Below, piece by piece: positions 1 to 13,165 of a stretch of DNA of 64,000 nt. The DNA lies in contig OX597816.1 in NCBI GenBank assembly GCA_951406725.2, positions 64,046,001-64,110,000 on the forward strand, given 5' to 3'. The stretch is from Octopus vulgaris (taxonomy: Eukaryota). Made by a program: the position numbers and the translations under genes. Numbering within the stretch: the first letter of the stretch is position 1; each line of letters begins with the position of its first letter. The notes under the pieces were generated by a model, which ran no database searches, was not told the origin of the DNA, and worked only from the letters and a program-made list of their open reading frames with translations.

Positions 1-715
1 AACTACCCAATGACCTTTTCCTTGGAAGTGGTACTCTTTCAGATCTATGTTATTTTGTATATGTTGACCTCAAAATTAACTTCACAAACCCAGTGTAGCT
101 TGCAAATAGAACCATTGTTACTCCAAGAAATGAAGCAACACAATTTATGAATGATTTTCTGTTGACCATGATCCCTGGTGAGCTAAAATTATACAGAAGC
201 TCAGATACAGCTGATAATGAAACTCTGTACCCAATCGAGTTCATCAACAAGATTACACCATCAGGATTTCCACCACACTTTCTCAAACTGAAGAAAAAAT
301 GCTGCATAATACTTCTGAAAAATTTAGATGCAACTAATGGACATTGCATTGGCACTCGCTACATCATTGTTTACATGATCATGTTATTGAGGTTGAGGTT
401 GCTTCTGGTCCTTACGCAGGATCAACTCTGCTAATCCCAAGAATACCACATGTATCTCAAGAAATGAAATTTCCATTACATTTACACGCAAATTATTTCC
501 TGTCAAGCCAGCTTTTGTGTTGACGTGCAACAAGATCACAGGGACAGACTTTTGAACAAATTGGAATATATCTTCCGACACAATGCTTCTCACATGGTCA
601 GCTGTATGTTGCATTATCTAGCGTTCGAAAGAAGGCTAATGTAAAAATATTGACCGAGAGAAATGGAAACAGTATGATTACTGACAATTGTGTCTACAAG
701 GAGATACTACTTTAA
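1..715 (+). mobile_element. Helitron RepHel remnant: C-terminal PIF1-type helicase, frameshifted and 5'-truncated by the window edge
   Basis: Translations give YPIEFINKITPSGFPPHFLKLK..IILLKNLD..NGHCIGTR, LLIPRI, FPVKPAF and FSHGQLYVALS..NCVYKEILL* (TAA 713-715). These are typical Helitron/PIF1 helicase motifs, and they lie in different frames. Confidence 0.85.
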
Positions 716-976
716 AACAAAATATATTTTTGGCAAGTTTCAGTAAATAGAATTAACGCATAAATTTTGTGTAAAGTAATATGTATTTGCGTGGAATTAA
801 ATTGGTTTGGCATATTTCAACACATGCCGAATGAATAACATCGTTACATTAGATCATTTTAAATTCGGCTATATTTGAAGAAGTAAAGAAACACCATTCC
901 CATGTGTTCTCACAGCATCAGGCATTTTGTGTGTGTGTGTGGAAATATTATCGAGTGGCTAGCAGTATATACATAT

Positions 977-1059
<83 letters not shown>

Positions 1060-1131
1060 AACACATATATATATATACATATGTGTGAGCGAGTGTGCAC
1101 GCGTGTATGTATGTGTATATGCATATATATA

Positions 1132-2421
1132 CAGGGTGGGGAAGCAAAATTTACAATGAACGTTAAGTTGTTGTTTCTCAGAAGGTACTAAGTCAATTGT
1201 TTTGAAACCTAGCATATATTGATGTCATACTCATACCTAACACTATTATCCTTACCTTTTCAGAAACTTTTGCCCATATGAGTAATCAGGAAAGCAAAAG
1301 TCAAAGAGTGTGTGATTTTCTGAAGGCACTCGTCATACCAAACGTAATTTCAAAAATAGTTGGAGTGTCCATAAAGACTGTTTATAATGTAAAGAGTAGA
1401 ATAACTATGAGCAAAACTATTACATGGAAGTCTGGAAGTGGAGGAATCAACAAAAAACGTACCAAAGCTTTTATTAAAGCTCTCAAATCCAAAATATTAA
1501 AGGATCCAACCAAATCCATGAGAAAAGTGGCAATTGAACTTGAGGTAGACAACAAGACCATTAGAAATGCTGTATAATATGATTTGAGGTTAAAATCTTA
1601 CACAAGAACACCAAAACACTTGTTGACAACAGCTATGAAGGAAATGAGATTGGAGAGGTGCAAGGTAATTATTACATGGTTCAAGAAAAAGTCCTCCATT
1701 GTAACGATCTTTTTAGATGAAAAGATCTTCACTGTCGATGCTGTTCTGAACAGCAGAAATGACAGATTTATTGCAAACTCAACAGCTGAGGTTAAGGGGA
1801 CATTCAAAACAAAAGATCCTGTTCAAGTTATGGCTTTTGGTGTTGTGGCTTCCGATGGAAAGAAAATGCCTATAAAATTCTACAAAGCTGATGAAAGGAC
1901 CAATGTTAATACTTACTACAAGACTCTGAGATACCAGGTATTGCCATGGCTTAAAGCAAACTACCCAGATGGTAATTATGTATGGACACAGGATGGTGCT
2001 CCAGCCCACACAGCTAGAAAAATACAAGATTTCTGCAAATCCAACTTTAGCAATTTTTTGGAATCATGTTTATGGCCGCCTTCTAGCCCAGATCTAAACT
2101 CTCTGGATTATGCTATTTGGGGCGTTTTAGAACGTGCTACCAATAGAACATCACACAGCAATGTCGATTCTCTTAAAGATACTATTAAAGAAGAATGGGA
2201 GAAGTTGTCTCTCGAATATTTGAGGAACGCCTGTGCAAGTTTCAGGAAGCGTGTGAAGGCAGTTATTGAGAAAGAAGGGGGACACATAGAATAAAAATAT
2301 TTTCTATTATGTAAATTGTCTTGTGGCAAATAAATTCTTATGACTTTCAATAAACAGATTGGTCATACACTGTCTTTCAATCCCTGCCTAAAAATATTGT
2401 AAATTTTGCTTCCCCACCCTG
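1132..2421 (+). mobile_element. Tc1/mariner-superfamily DNA transposon, DD37D (maT) type, 1290 bp
   Basis: Perfect 26-bp TIRs CAGGGTGGGGAAGCAAAATTTACAAT (1132-1157 / 2396-2421), flanked by TA on both sides, around an internal transposase. Confidence 0.95.
1278..2294 (+). pseudogene. DD37D transposase with one in-frame TAA (1575-1577)
   Basis: ORFs 1278-1577 and 1584-2294 are in the same frame. HTH-like N-terminus, then FLDEK, QDGAPAH and SPDLNSLDY, with 37 residues between the 2nd and 3rd catalytic Asp. Confidence 0.92.
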
Positions 2422-2494
2422 TATATATATATATAAATATATATATATACATACATAGGTATGTGTATGTCCACCGGTACACGTGTGTATGCGT

Positions 2495-2632
2495 CGATTC
2501 AGCAAAAGAGACCGATACAATAAGTACTAGGCTTACAAAGAATAAGTCCTGGGTCGATTTGCTCGACTAAAGGCGGTGCTCCAGCTTGGCCACAGTCAAA
2601 TGACTTAAACTAGTAAAAGAGTAAAAGAGTAA
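2495..2632 (+). mobile_element. 3' fragment of SINE family A (full copy at 48215-48628)
   Basis: AAAAGAGACCGAT..AATAAGTACTAGGCTTACAAAGAATAAGTCC..AAAGGCGGTGCTCCAGC followed by a (GTAAAAGA)n tail. Confidence 0.85.
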
Positions 2633-4648
2633 GAAAAAAATATATATAAATATATTTATATATATGTATGTATGTTTGCATGAATGCATGCATATATGTA
2701 TGCGTATGGGTATCATCTGATGGTTGATGTTTGATTGATTTAAGTATGTTTCTCCATTTTCTAATTTTGTATTTATATAAAGCGTGAAACACTTGTGACC
2801 CTGAGATACCTGCTCATAATTTGGGAGGGCTTCCAATATTGCAATGGATGTAGAAGAGCTTGCAAGACCCCTGAGAACCACGGCAGTTTCTGCGTGAGGT
2901 AAAGCATCTGCAGTTTCTGTGTGAGGTAAAGCATCTGCAGTGTTCAAACATGAAGGAAGAAAAAGCAGTGGCAGATAGTGAGGCAGAGGAGAAAGAAAGA
3001 GAGAGAGAGAGCGAGAGAGAGAGAGCGAGAGAGAGAGAGAGAGAGATAGAGAGAGCGAGGGAAAGAAAGATGGACAGAGAGAAATGATAAATTGAGAAAG
3101 ATATAGAAAAGGAAAACTAAAAAATGTGAACTGTCTTCCAAGAATGAATATGTTGATTTAAATATCACCAGGAATCTGATAAAAATGACCATAAGCAACA
3201 ACAAGAACAACAAAAATCGAATGCACAATAGAAGCAGTGATCTTTGAAAATGAAACATTGAATTAAGACGTATCGATGGAAACAAGTGAACAGGTTGTAA
3301 TCTTCCTTCAAACTGTTATTTATTCAAGCGTTTACAGTATTGAACGGGTCAGCAACCCTCTGTAAATCTTTATATAACACGTTCTCAAGAACTACAGGAT
3401 ATTTATAAACGCTTGTAGAAAACAACTTAAAACAACTGTTAGCAGCCTTATTCTACTGGTTCACAGCTGTTTAAGTAAAGCTATCTATAAATAATTAAAT
3501 TCTGTATAACGATATGAAGAGAATTAACCTTTTCCTCTGTAGAGCAACCAATTGTGAAGTCAAACAAACATAAGGTGATTGTTTTTTCTTGTATGTTTTA
3601 CTGGTGTTGTTGTTGTTGTTATAGTCTTTTAACCCTAGGCTAGTGCAGATCTAGCACAACTACGATCAAGGATGTTGCAGTCATGACTAGCTTTTTCTAT
3701 TCTTTCATCTTAAATGTAGGGCATGATTTGAGGGTGATTTTGCTGCTATCTTAGCAGCTCAGGTGATTACATGATTCTTGTCCTTGTATGTCATTACCAT
3801 CATCACCAACATTATTATTTATATTATTACTGAGTGAGAGAGCAGTGCATGCCATCAGAGTGACACTGGAGTAAAATATACGAAGCCCAGTATATCATGA
3901 CTACCCGTCTAATATGGGTACATCAAGCACATGCATCACAACCAAAGAAATTTTAATTCTATTATTCTATAAAATAATATTTAATTAGTTTAAATGTACA
4001 CAAATGGATAAAAATAATTTTTAATTCCATTAGACATTCTAAAATACTATTAACTTTCATTCAATTTTAAAGAAGGTAAAATCGGAGAGAAGTTATGGGA
4101 TAACCTGATACATCTACATATATGTATGTATGTATATACACGTATTACGTATGTATGCGGATTGGTGTGTAGACAATTTCCTGGCACTGAATAAAAGCAA
4201 ATACAAGAGAATCAGTTTAATATGAATACTCGGAAGGCTCGGGCTCCATGCGGACAAGCCGCCATACCCATAAAACCAGGAACTCTACACCCTACTCATA
4301 TATGTGCGTAAATTTTCACAACAGCATGTATGTGAAGACATTCCAATCGTGTAAATGAAGCTGTGCGAGTATACCCAGTTTTCTGTTAAGCCGCGCTTTG
4401 GAAATGCAAACGGTGGAGATAAATTTGAATGTTCTCTTTGTGGAGAGAAAATAATAATTGGGTTCTCTTTTTGCAATAAAGACAATTATTTTTTCTCTGT
4501 AGATACAGAGATCATAAGTACATATTTTCGTAGTATTTATATTTTCATAGAGAACCTTAGTACAAAAGTAGCTTTATCTACACAATACTTCAGATTTTCT
4601 GATGTAATGCCATGTTCTGCATAAAACATTATTACTTCATATATATTC

Positions 4649-4722
<74 letters not shown>

Positions 4723-4737
4723 TTATTCCCTCAAATA

Positions 4738-4772
<35 letters not shown>

Positions 4773-5289
4773 GTGTGTGTGTATACAAAAGATATGTACA
4801 CCCATGCACAAACAAACACGTAGCATATGCCTAACTCATTTATCATCACACATATTTATGTAATAGTACCAGATAATTTGAAAAGAGATGCAGTATTAAA
4901 GATTGAAAATACAGATTTGTATAATAAATACAAAGGAGTGACTCATATGTATGCATACAAACACACTCAAATATATGTAGGTTCACTTCTGCTTCGAATT
5001 ATTTGAATCCGTCCCCTAACTAAGGAACTTGGTTACAAACCGGCTCTTTTCCATACTTAGTTTAGTTTCTCTTCCCCGTCCAAAATCACTACATCTGTTC
5101 TATTTGCATTTTTTCACCTCTTTACTGGAACATTCCTCTATTATATATGTAGATATGCATGCATATCTCTATGTATATATGTGTGTATGTGTTTTCTCTT
5201 TTGCTTTTTAATTTAGAGTAAATTTTGACCGGCCAACTAGTTGATAGGTTTTGAAGGAAAGCATGTTGTTTTGTTCATTATCTTTTAAA

Positions 5290-5780
5290 TCGTTAAAAAG
5301 TTCTTGTGGATTTATGTAGTCCCAAGTATCTCGATCATTTTTATAGTAGGAAGTAAAGATTTGCGTTCTTTTTCCAAGGTCCCAAGTTCAGAAATACTTT
5401 CCTCTGGACGGGTTGGGATGTATTCAGTCGTTCCAGTAATAATAAATATGAAACTAAAAGTATATCTTTCGTTCGGTATTTTCAAAACGTTTATTAGTGA
5501 TCCATAAATGTTTTCCTTTTTGTATTTTTCGAACCCCATTGGCGTGCAGAGGGCAGCTGATTTTTGCAACAGAACATCATTTTTTTGCGGTCCCATATAA
5601 CAATACCTGGCCAGCTGGGTTTTAACTGAATGTCACTTTCAAACTTTAGGTTCCACCAACATTTTTTTGACTCATCGGTCTCCATATAGTCAACTTCATA
5701 TGTAGGTGGTTTGTTTTTTGTTATCACGTTCCAAATCGTTCTGGCCACTGCATCATGCCTCATGAGCAGTTAATGTTTGG
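5290..5780 (-). mobile_element. LINE fragment with restriction-like endonuclease (R4/Dong-like C-terminus)
   Basis: RHDAVAR..KCWWN..PGIVIWDRKK, then YGSLI..FIIITGTTEYIP..IEILGTT; this resembles the RHD / PD..D REL domain; frameshifted. Confidence 0.7.
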
Positions 5781-5822
5781 AACATACGTATTGATGTAAA
5801 TGTGTGTACGCGGGCGCAGGTA

Positions 5823-5862
<40 letters not shown>

Positions 5863-6369
5863 TCTGTGTGTGTGTGTGTGCGTATGTATGTACTCGTAAC
5901 CCTACGGCTCATAGGACGGGTTACCTGCTTTCCATGTCGTATAGGTGACCTACATCACAACACTTTCCCCTGAGCGTCACAAGGTTAATCATTTTCAGCT
6001 ACGTAAACTGACATAACGCTGCGAAATGCAGAGTTCTCTTAAAGAACACAAGGGTCTGTGCGGCCCGGGAATCGAAACCACTATGTTGCTATCTTGAGTG
6101 CATCACCCTAACTGCTAGGCCACGCACTCACGTATGTTTTTACATGTGTATGTATCAGCATATCAAAAACAGGTTACAACTATGCTGCATGTCTAATATC
6201 TTCTGAAGTATATATTACCATAATTTATAAGGTTTCTCGAGTCGATACTGGATTTTAATGAGTGGGGTAATTTCTGCTATAAATCTCATGGGCTTTCTTT
6301 AGTTAGTTCGTTTTTAATTCTCTTAACTTTTAATTCTCTATTTACTCGTATATTATTTATGCTCCCTTT

Positions 6370-6645
6370 TCAAGTCTAGCCAGGCTCATGGGCCCGTATG
6401 TGTTCCCTCCAGCTGGACGGGACGCCAGTCCATCGCAGCGTTACTCAAGAAACAGGAAGAGAGAGTGAGAGAAAGATGTAGGGAAAGAGTACAACAGGGG
6501 TCGCCACTAGCCCCTGCCACAGCCTCGTGGAACTTTTAGGTGTTTTCGCTCAATAAACACACACAACGCCCGGTCTGGGAATCGAAACCGCGATCCCCCG
6601 ACCGCGAGTCCGCTGCTCTAACCACTGGGCCATTGCACCTCCACT
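6370..6645 (-). mobile_element. tRNA-derived SINE family B (tRNA-Arg-like head, possibly octopus OR1-type)
   Basis: Minus strand GTGGAGGTGCAATGGCCCAGTGGTTAGAGCAGCGGACTCGCGG..GGTTTCGATTCCC (A and B boxes); body shared with the copies at 8335, 10240, 23182 and 53192. Confidence 0.85.
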
Positions 6646-8134
6646 TACTCGTATATATTATAATGATATACGACTCAGGCTGGATAACATGGAATCTGGT
6701 ATAACCATAACTACTCCTTGACATGACTAGCTTAGTTTATCGAATCTGGAACAAAATGCGATATATATTCCCAGCAGGATTTAAACTCAGAGCGTAAGCG
6801 GATGTAGTTTAATATACTTACGTATTTTTCGTTTGACTTGTACTGTACATTTTTTCCTAACGACTACTTCTATGCCACAGCCACAAATTCCGTTTTCTCA
6901 ACTAATCCTGTATATAAAGCGAAGCAACGTTGTTGGAATATGAATTTTGTGTTGAAAGCTCCTTATCTCAATCTTATAAGGTCTCTAACTCATCCCTGAA
7001 ACCATCTGAACGAACACTATCTTTCTTTGTTTTATTACATAGGTATGAACATTTTTAAAGAGGTTTGGCAACTCTAACTTGTAATGGCTTCTTGCAAAAG
7101 AAATGATATTCCAGAAAGAAAATTAAATATGTAGCAACGAAGCCGCATAATAGTTAGAGAAAAAGTGCTAACGAAATTTATCATACATTAATGCTAAGAA
7201 AAAGATACATGGAAGATATTTGAAATACACTCACAGCCACAATTACAGATATTTCACTGACGTTACAGTTACAGTACTAGTGGTAATAATCTCTGCATTT
7301 GGCACAATGACATATATTTTAAGAAGAGGGTAGTAAAGTTGTTACTATTTTTCTAGCTGTAGGTAGAGAGCTGTCAGAATAGTTAGCGTGTCAGCATTGT
7401 TTTCCGATTCTTAACATTCACAGTTCAAATTACCGCTGATATAGACTAGCATATTCTTTCGAGGTCGAGATATTAATAAAATACAACATAAAATAATGTC
7501 AAGTATTGTAATCGATGTATTCAACTAACACGCTGTCTCAAAACTGAAGACCTTCCAAATCAATAAGGCACAAACCTAGCAGAATCGTTATCGCATTAGG
7601 ACAATTTGTTTATCAGCATTTCTGGAAAATCTTCACGTTCTGAGTTCAAATCACACAGATTTTAATTTTTTTTTATTTTAATTTAATTTTTTTTTTTTTT
7701 TTTTTGCCTTTCGGGTTTGGGATAATGCAGTACCAGTCGAGTAATGATCTCGAGTTAATCGTTTAACCTCTCTCTTCAAAATAGGTGTCTTTGTGCCAAA
7801 ATTTGAAACCAATATGGCGGTGATCTAGAAGAGTCGTAAACTAATTCTTTGCTAATGTATGCTGTTGTCTCCCAGATTGATAATAAATTATCAGGAGTTT
7901 GCAGAACAGCGAAAATTTTAAAATATCAAGTTGAACACATTCATCTTTAATACATTTCAGTACATGTTAATTGCTTTTGCATCTGCTCCCTGTGTACATG
8001 ATACTTTATCTGTACGGGTCGCCATTATATAAAACAAAAATTGGGAATTTATTAACACTGATCATAAGACAAATCAAGGGAGATAATACACTTCTTGTAT
8101 GTATGCGCTGTATATCATCAGCTGTATTGTTGTT

Positions 8135-8632
8135 GTGACTCCCTTCGGTCATGAATGACCATGGGATTGCACCTAGAAAGTTACCCTCCGTGGCACAATC
8201 TGGGTAAGGTTGTTTATGGAAGACCAGCAGTCGCCTACGCATACCAGCCTCCCCTCTCCACACCACCAATGTTATCCAAGGGAAAGGCAAACTCCGATAC
8301 ACTTTGGCACCAGTGACGTCGCAGCTCATTTATTAACGTGCAAGTGGCCTTCACAGACACGTGTACCCTTAACGTAGTTCTCGGGGAGATTCAGCGTGAC
8401 AGAGTGTGACAAAGCTAGCCCTTTGAAAAACAAGTACATCAGAAACAAGAAGATAGAGTGAGAGAAAGTTGTGGTGAAAGAGTGCAGCAGGGTTCACCAC
8501 CATCCACTGCCGGAGCCTCGTGGAGCTTTAGATGATTTTGCTCAATAAACACTTACAATGCCCGATCTGGAAATCGAAACCGTGATCCTACGACCGCGAG
8601 TCCGCTGCCCTAACCACTGGGCCATTGCGCCT
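8135..8632 (-). mobile_element. SINE family B copy joined to a 3' segment shared with the SINE at 56018-56348
   Basis: Head at ~8632. Segment 8135-8330 matches the tail of 56018-56348 (GCGACTGCTGGTCTTCCATAAACAACCTT..CTAGGTGCAA). Confidence 0.8.
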
Positions 8633-9606
8633 CATCAGCTGTATATAGACATCGCTAATTCTTAAAGACACTGTAGCAATAGTTTTAAGATATCAGATGT
8701 TGCCCCCACCCTGAAATGACACTGATTATTAATTCCAAAAAGGTGCTGATTATCATTAAAATATTAAAAGCATATATATATAAGTAATAAATAAATAAAA
8801 CAAAGGGTTTATTGCAATGATTAGGGTCTTATAATATTAGGAATTAGCTAACATTGCTATATGGCTTGTGCAGAAAAATATTCAAACTACATTTTATTTC
8901 TTAAATAAAACGTTGACGTTGCTTTATGATTAATATATAATATAAATATTTAAGTTAAGCTATTCTCATTGATTAATTCTTAATTAAAATATGTGCTTTA
9001 ATGAAATAATTTTATTTCTAGCTTCACATAAAAGATTTAATATTACAACTTAATAAACGCATCCATATATACTCCCGCATCAGCTGTGGTATACAAACCA
9101 ACTCATATCCTATTGATTCCTATTAGATAGCTACTCTTTCTTAGATGAGGCATTCAAACACAACGATCTTCTCACCAAGGAGAAATCGCTGTATTTATTT
9201 GTGATATGCCAACTATATTGACATTATCGTGCGTATATTCAATAACATTTCTTTGTAAACTGCAGCGTTATCAGTAATAGCGCGCCAGAATATTAATCGA
9301 TGACTTTCTTCACATTATCAGTTGATAATTTCACGCCTAAAATGTAGGTCACTGTTGACATATACACATTATCTTTAACAGTGATGAGCTACAAGAAAGA
9401 AAGAAAAAAAAGAAGAGATGGGGAAAATAAAACAATGAAGAATGAATAAATGAGAAAAAAATAGCAACGGATCATTAAGGAAATAATCAGAAAAGGGAAA
9501 ATAATTGCATAGAAGAATCTTTTCAATAGAGCTCATTTTATATGCACTCATTTATATGTCGGTACGTACATATATGTTTGTATGTATGCATATATTTTAT
9601 TTATTA

Positions 9607-9653
<47 letters not shown>

Positions 9654-9889
9654 GACAGACGCGTGCGTACCCACACACACTCATTCCCACACATATATTT
9701 ATACATAAACATAGATACATATATAACATAGACGTACATAAACGCAACCTACCTGCAATTAATTATTAAAGTGATTTATATCTATGATTTATGACTGCAA
9801 GTGTATATGTCACTGCAGTTATTTGTATAAGCACAGTACATATACATACATGCATGTATACATATATATATGTATGTATGTATGTATGT

Positions 9890-10232
9890 TTAAGATGTGG
9901 CAGCTACGAGAGTCGAACATAAAGGTTTCTCCTGCTGTCATCGGAGCATTGGGTTCAATACCAGCCAATCTAAAAAAAAACCCAATAAAATCATCTGTAA
10001 ACTTTAGAAATACCCTACAATCCAGTTGTCTTGCAAAAGTCGGCATTACTTGGAATTGCACGCATATTGCATAACGTACTGTCAGTCAGAAGTCCTTGTG
10101 ACTTGACAAACAGTACAAATCCCCGGTAGACACAATATCTTTAATCAACAACCTCATGATATTGTATACTGTGCGACGTTTATAATAATAATAATAATAA
10201 TAGTAATAATAATTATTATTATTAATAATATT
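9890..10232 (+). mobile_element. 3' end of R4/Dong-like LINE with (TAA)n tail
   Basis: KMWQL..VSPAVIGALGSIP..LQKSALLGIARIL, then a short 3'UTR and (TAA)n. Confidence 0.8.
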
Positions 10233-10239
10233 AATCATG

Positions 10240-10508
10240 GAGCATAGTGCCGGTTTCCCGGTTTCCTTGGCGTATAGGTTCCCCACATGGACGGGACACC
10301 GCTCCGTCGCAGGTGAGCTGCAAGATGCAGAAGGAAAGAGTGAGAAAGTTGTGGCGAAAGTGTCAGCAGAAGTTCGCCATAACCTTCTGCCGGAGCCGCG
10401 TGGAGCCTAAGTGTTTCGCTCATAAATATACACATCGCCCGGTCTGAGATTCGAACGCCCGATCCCTCGACCGCGAATCCGCTGCTCTAACCACTAGACC
10501 ATGTGCCT
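10240..10508 (-). mobile_element. SINE family B copy
   Basis: tRNA-like head with A/B boxes at ~10440-10508; same body as 6370-6645. Confidence 0.8.
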
Positions 10509-10767
<259 letters not shown>

Positions 10768-12400
10768 TACAACTTTATCCATATATAGCATACAAATTTA
10801 TACTAGGTGGACGGGATTGAAAAAAGAAACACGTGAGTGAAAGAAGTACCAATTTATAGAAAGCACACATACGTATGCACAGAAAGAAAGAGTGAGAGTA
10901 AAAATGTTTTCTTCGTCTGATTACAGTTCCTCAAATCTCCATAATCCTCTGTTCTAATTACGTTTCGTAAACAGCATTGCTTAAAAAATAATATATGTAT
11001 ATTTTGGTCTGGCAATTTTCCCAGAACATCTGTGGCCTGATTTGTCAATCGCAAATAGACTGCTGACGTAGTTTTAATTAATTGTCTATCAACTAAGTTC
11101 ACTCAATAATTATTTCTCATATATTCCTCAATCGACATATTATTTGCAACATGTTACTTTAGGTAAAAAAAAAAAAAAGGTAAGTGACCTTCTGGTGTCA
11201 CATCGACTCATAACGGCTGGTTTACCGGTTTCATGGCGTATAAATTCCCACCCGGGACAGGGTGCCAGTCCGTTGCAGGATCACTCATTTTTGTCAAATT
11301 ATTGTGCTGGAGCAACGTAAAATGAAATGTTTTGCTGAAGAACAACGCGTCGCCAGGTCCAGGAATCGAAAACACACTCTTATGTTTATGAGGCGGACAT
11401 CCTATCCACTAAGCCACTCACTCCACTACGTGTTATATTAGGGTCTGAGGTGGTTTGTATTGGATTGAATACCCAATAATTTACTTTTAGATTACGATAT
11501 AAATTCATAATGAGTGGGGCGGGCACGTCGTGAAGAATCTCCTGTTTCTATTTTGTTAGCACTCACACTTCTCAGCTCTTTGTTTTAACAACTTACCATC
11601 TTTCTTTAATCTGCTTATCTTCCTTCTGCTCATCATCATCACAAGGCGATTGTAATGATTCTACTGTTAGCCACAAGAATGTTTTTATATATATATTTGT
11701 ATTTGACGTAGGAGGGAATTTCACTTACTTCCCACTTTAGCATTCCATAGACCTGTGAGTTCTATGGTTGTGAAGCACAGGTAGCAAGAATCATTTTTTC
11801 CAAGTCTGAAGCGTTATGTCATTATATTTTCTGAATCAGAAGCTCACCATCACTTTCTTTCTATCTATTTTCCTGTTCTTTTGAGCAGAAGACATCCAAA
11901 CGTCTAGCAATTGGCCTTTCTGGATTGACTAACTGTTTTTCCCTCTCTACTACAGAACCAGATTTCCGAAATGGTTTTGTGATTTCAGGGGTCATTAAAA
12001 CGTTGATATAAAGACTAAAAGCATACTCCACCCTTCGGCTTAGGTTGTCATGGCGCTCACTGCAACAAGACGCGATGTACTCGACGTCAATGATTATATT
12101 TCTGACCATGGTCATTTTGTCTGAGATATGCTTACTGTAGCACTATCCCGCGGGTAGAAATGCAAGCCAATTGCTGTTATCTCCTCACGTTGTGATCCAT
12201 ATCAAAAGTAACCATCCATATACATTTGGCCCAGGCTTCTCCTAATCCATCTCTCTGGGGAAAATGGAAAGCACTACACTTTTTTTTTTTCGTAGCAGTG
12301 GTACATTTTCCTTCCCGACATTTTCTGGATAAATTTGTTGGGCAAGAAGCACTATATGCTGTGACGCACCTCCTACTTACGTCTTTTGTCTCACAATATT

Positions 12401-13165
12401 CTTTTCTACTCTAGGCACAAGGCCCGAAATTTTTTGGGAGGGGCTCATTCGATTGAATCTAACCCAGTACGCAACTGGTACTTAATTTATCGACCTCGAA
12501 AGGATGAAAGGCAATGTTGACCTCGGCGGAATTTCAACTCTGAACGTAACGCCAGACGAAATACCTATTTCTTTACTACCCACAAGGGGCCAAACAGAGA
12601 GATGACAAACAAGGACAGACAAACGGATTAAGTCGATTATATCGACCACGGTACGTAATTGGTACTTATTTAATAGACCACGAAAGGATGAAAGGCAAAG
12701 TCGACCATGGCGGAATTTGAACTCAGAACGTAGCGGCAGACGAAATACCCATTTCTTTACTACCCACAAGGGGCCAAACAGAGAGATGACAAACAAGGAC
12801 AGACAAACGGATTAAGTCGATTATATCGACCCCGGTACGTAATTGGTACTTATTTAATCGACCCCGAAAGGATGAAAGGCAAAGTCGACCTCTGCGGAAT
12901 TTGAACTCAGAACGTAACGGCAGACGATACACCTACTTCTTTACTACCCACAAGGAGCTAAACACAGAGGGGAAAATAAGGACAGGCAAACGGATTAAGT
13001 CGATTACATCGATCCCAGTGTGTAACTGGTACTTATTTAATCGACCCCGAAAGGATGAAAGGCAGAGTTGACCTCGGCGGAATTTGAACTCAGAACGTAT
13101 CGGCAGACGAAATACGGCTACGCATTTCGCCCGGCGTGCTAACAATTCTGCCAGCTCGCCGCCTT
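12401..13165 (-). mobile_element. SINE family C, tandem tetramer (~184-bp period), with 9-bp TSD CACAATATT
   Basis: Four GAAAGGATGAAAGGCA cores at 12498, 12682, 12866 and 13049; a single head GGCGGCGAGCTGGCAGAA at the right end. The core GGTCGACTTTGCCTTTCATCCTTTCGGGGTCGAT resembles the Meta-SINE domain (recalled, tentative). Confidence 0.9.

Noticed and set aside
902-1215. His/Thr, Cys/Val and Tyr/Ile-rich ORFs here and throughout the window
   Set aside because: They are translations of (CA)n/(TA)n microsatellites.
4167-4290. TG..CA-bounded ~120-bp segment with imperfect inverted ends (solo LTR or MITE)
   Set aside because: No TSD and no second copy in the window, so it cannot be supported.
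12401-13165. CRISPR-like or hammerhead-retrozyme reading of the 184-bp tandem units
   Set aside because: The units are wholly repeated with no unique spacers and no cas genes, and no CUGANGA core was found; they are SINE multimers.
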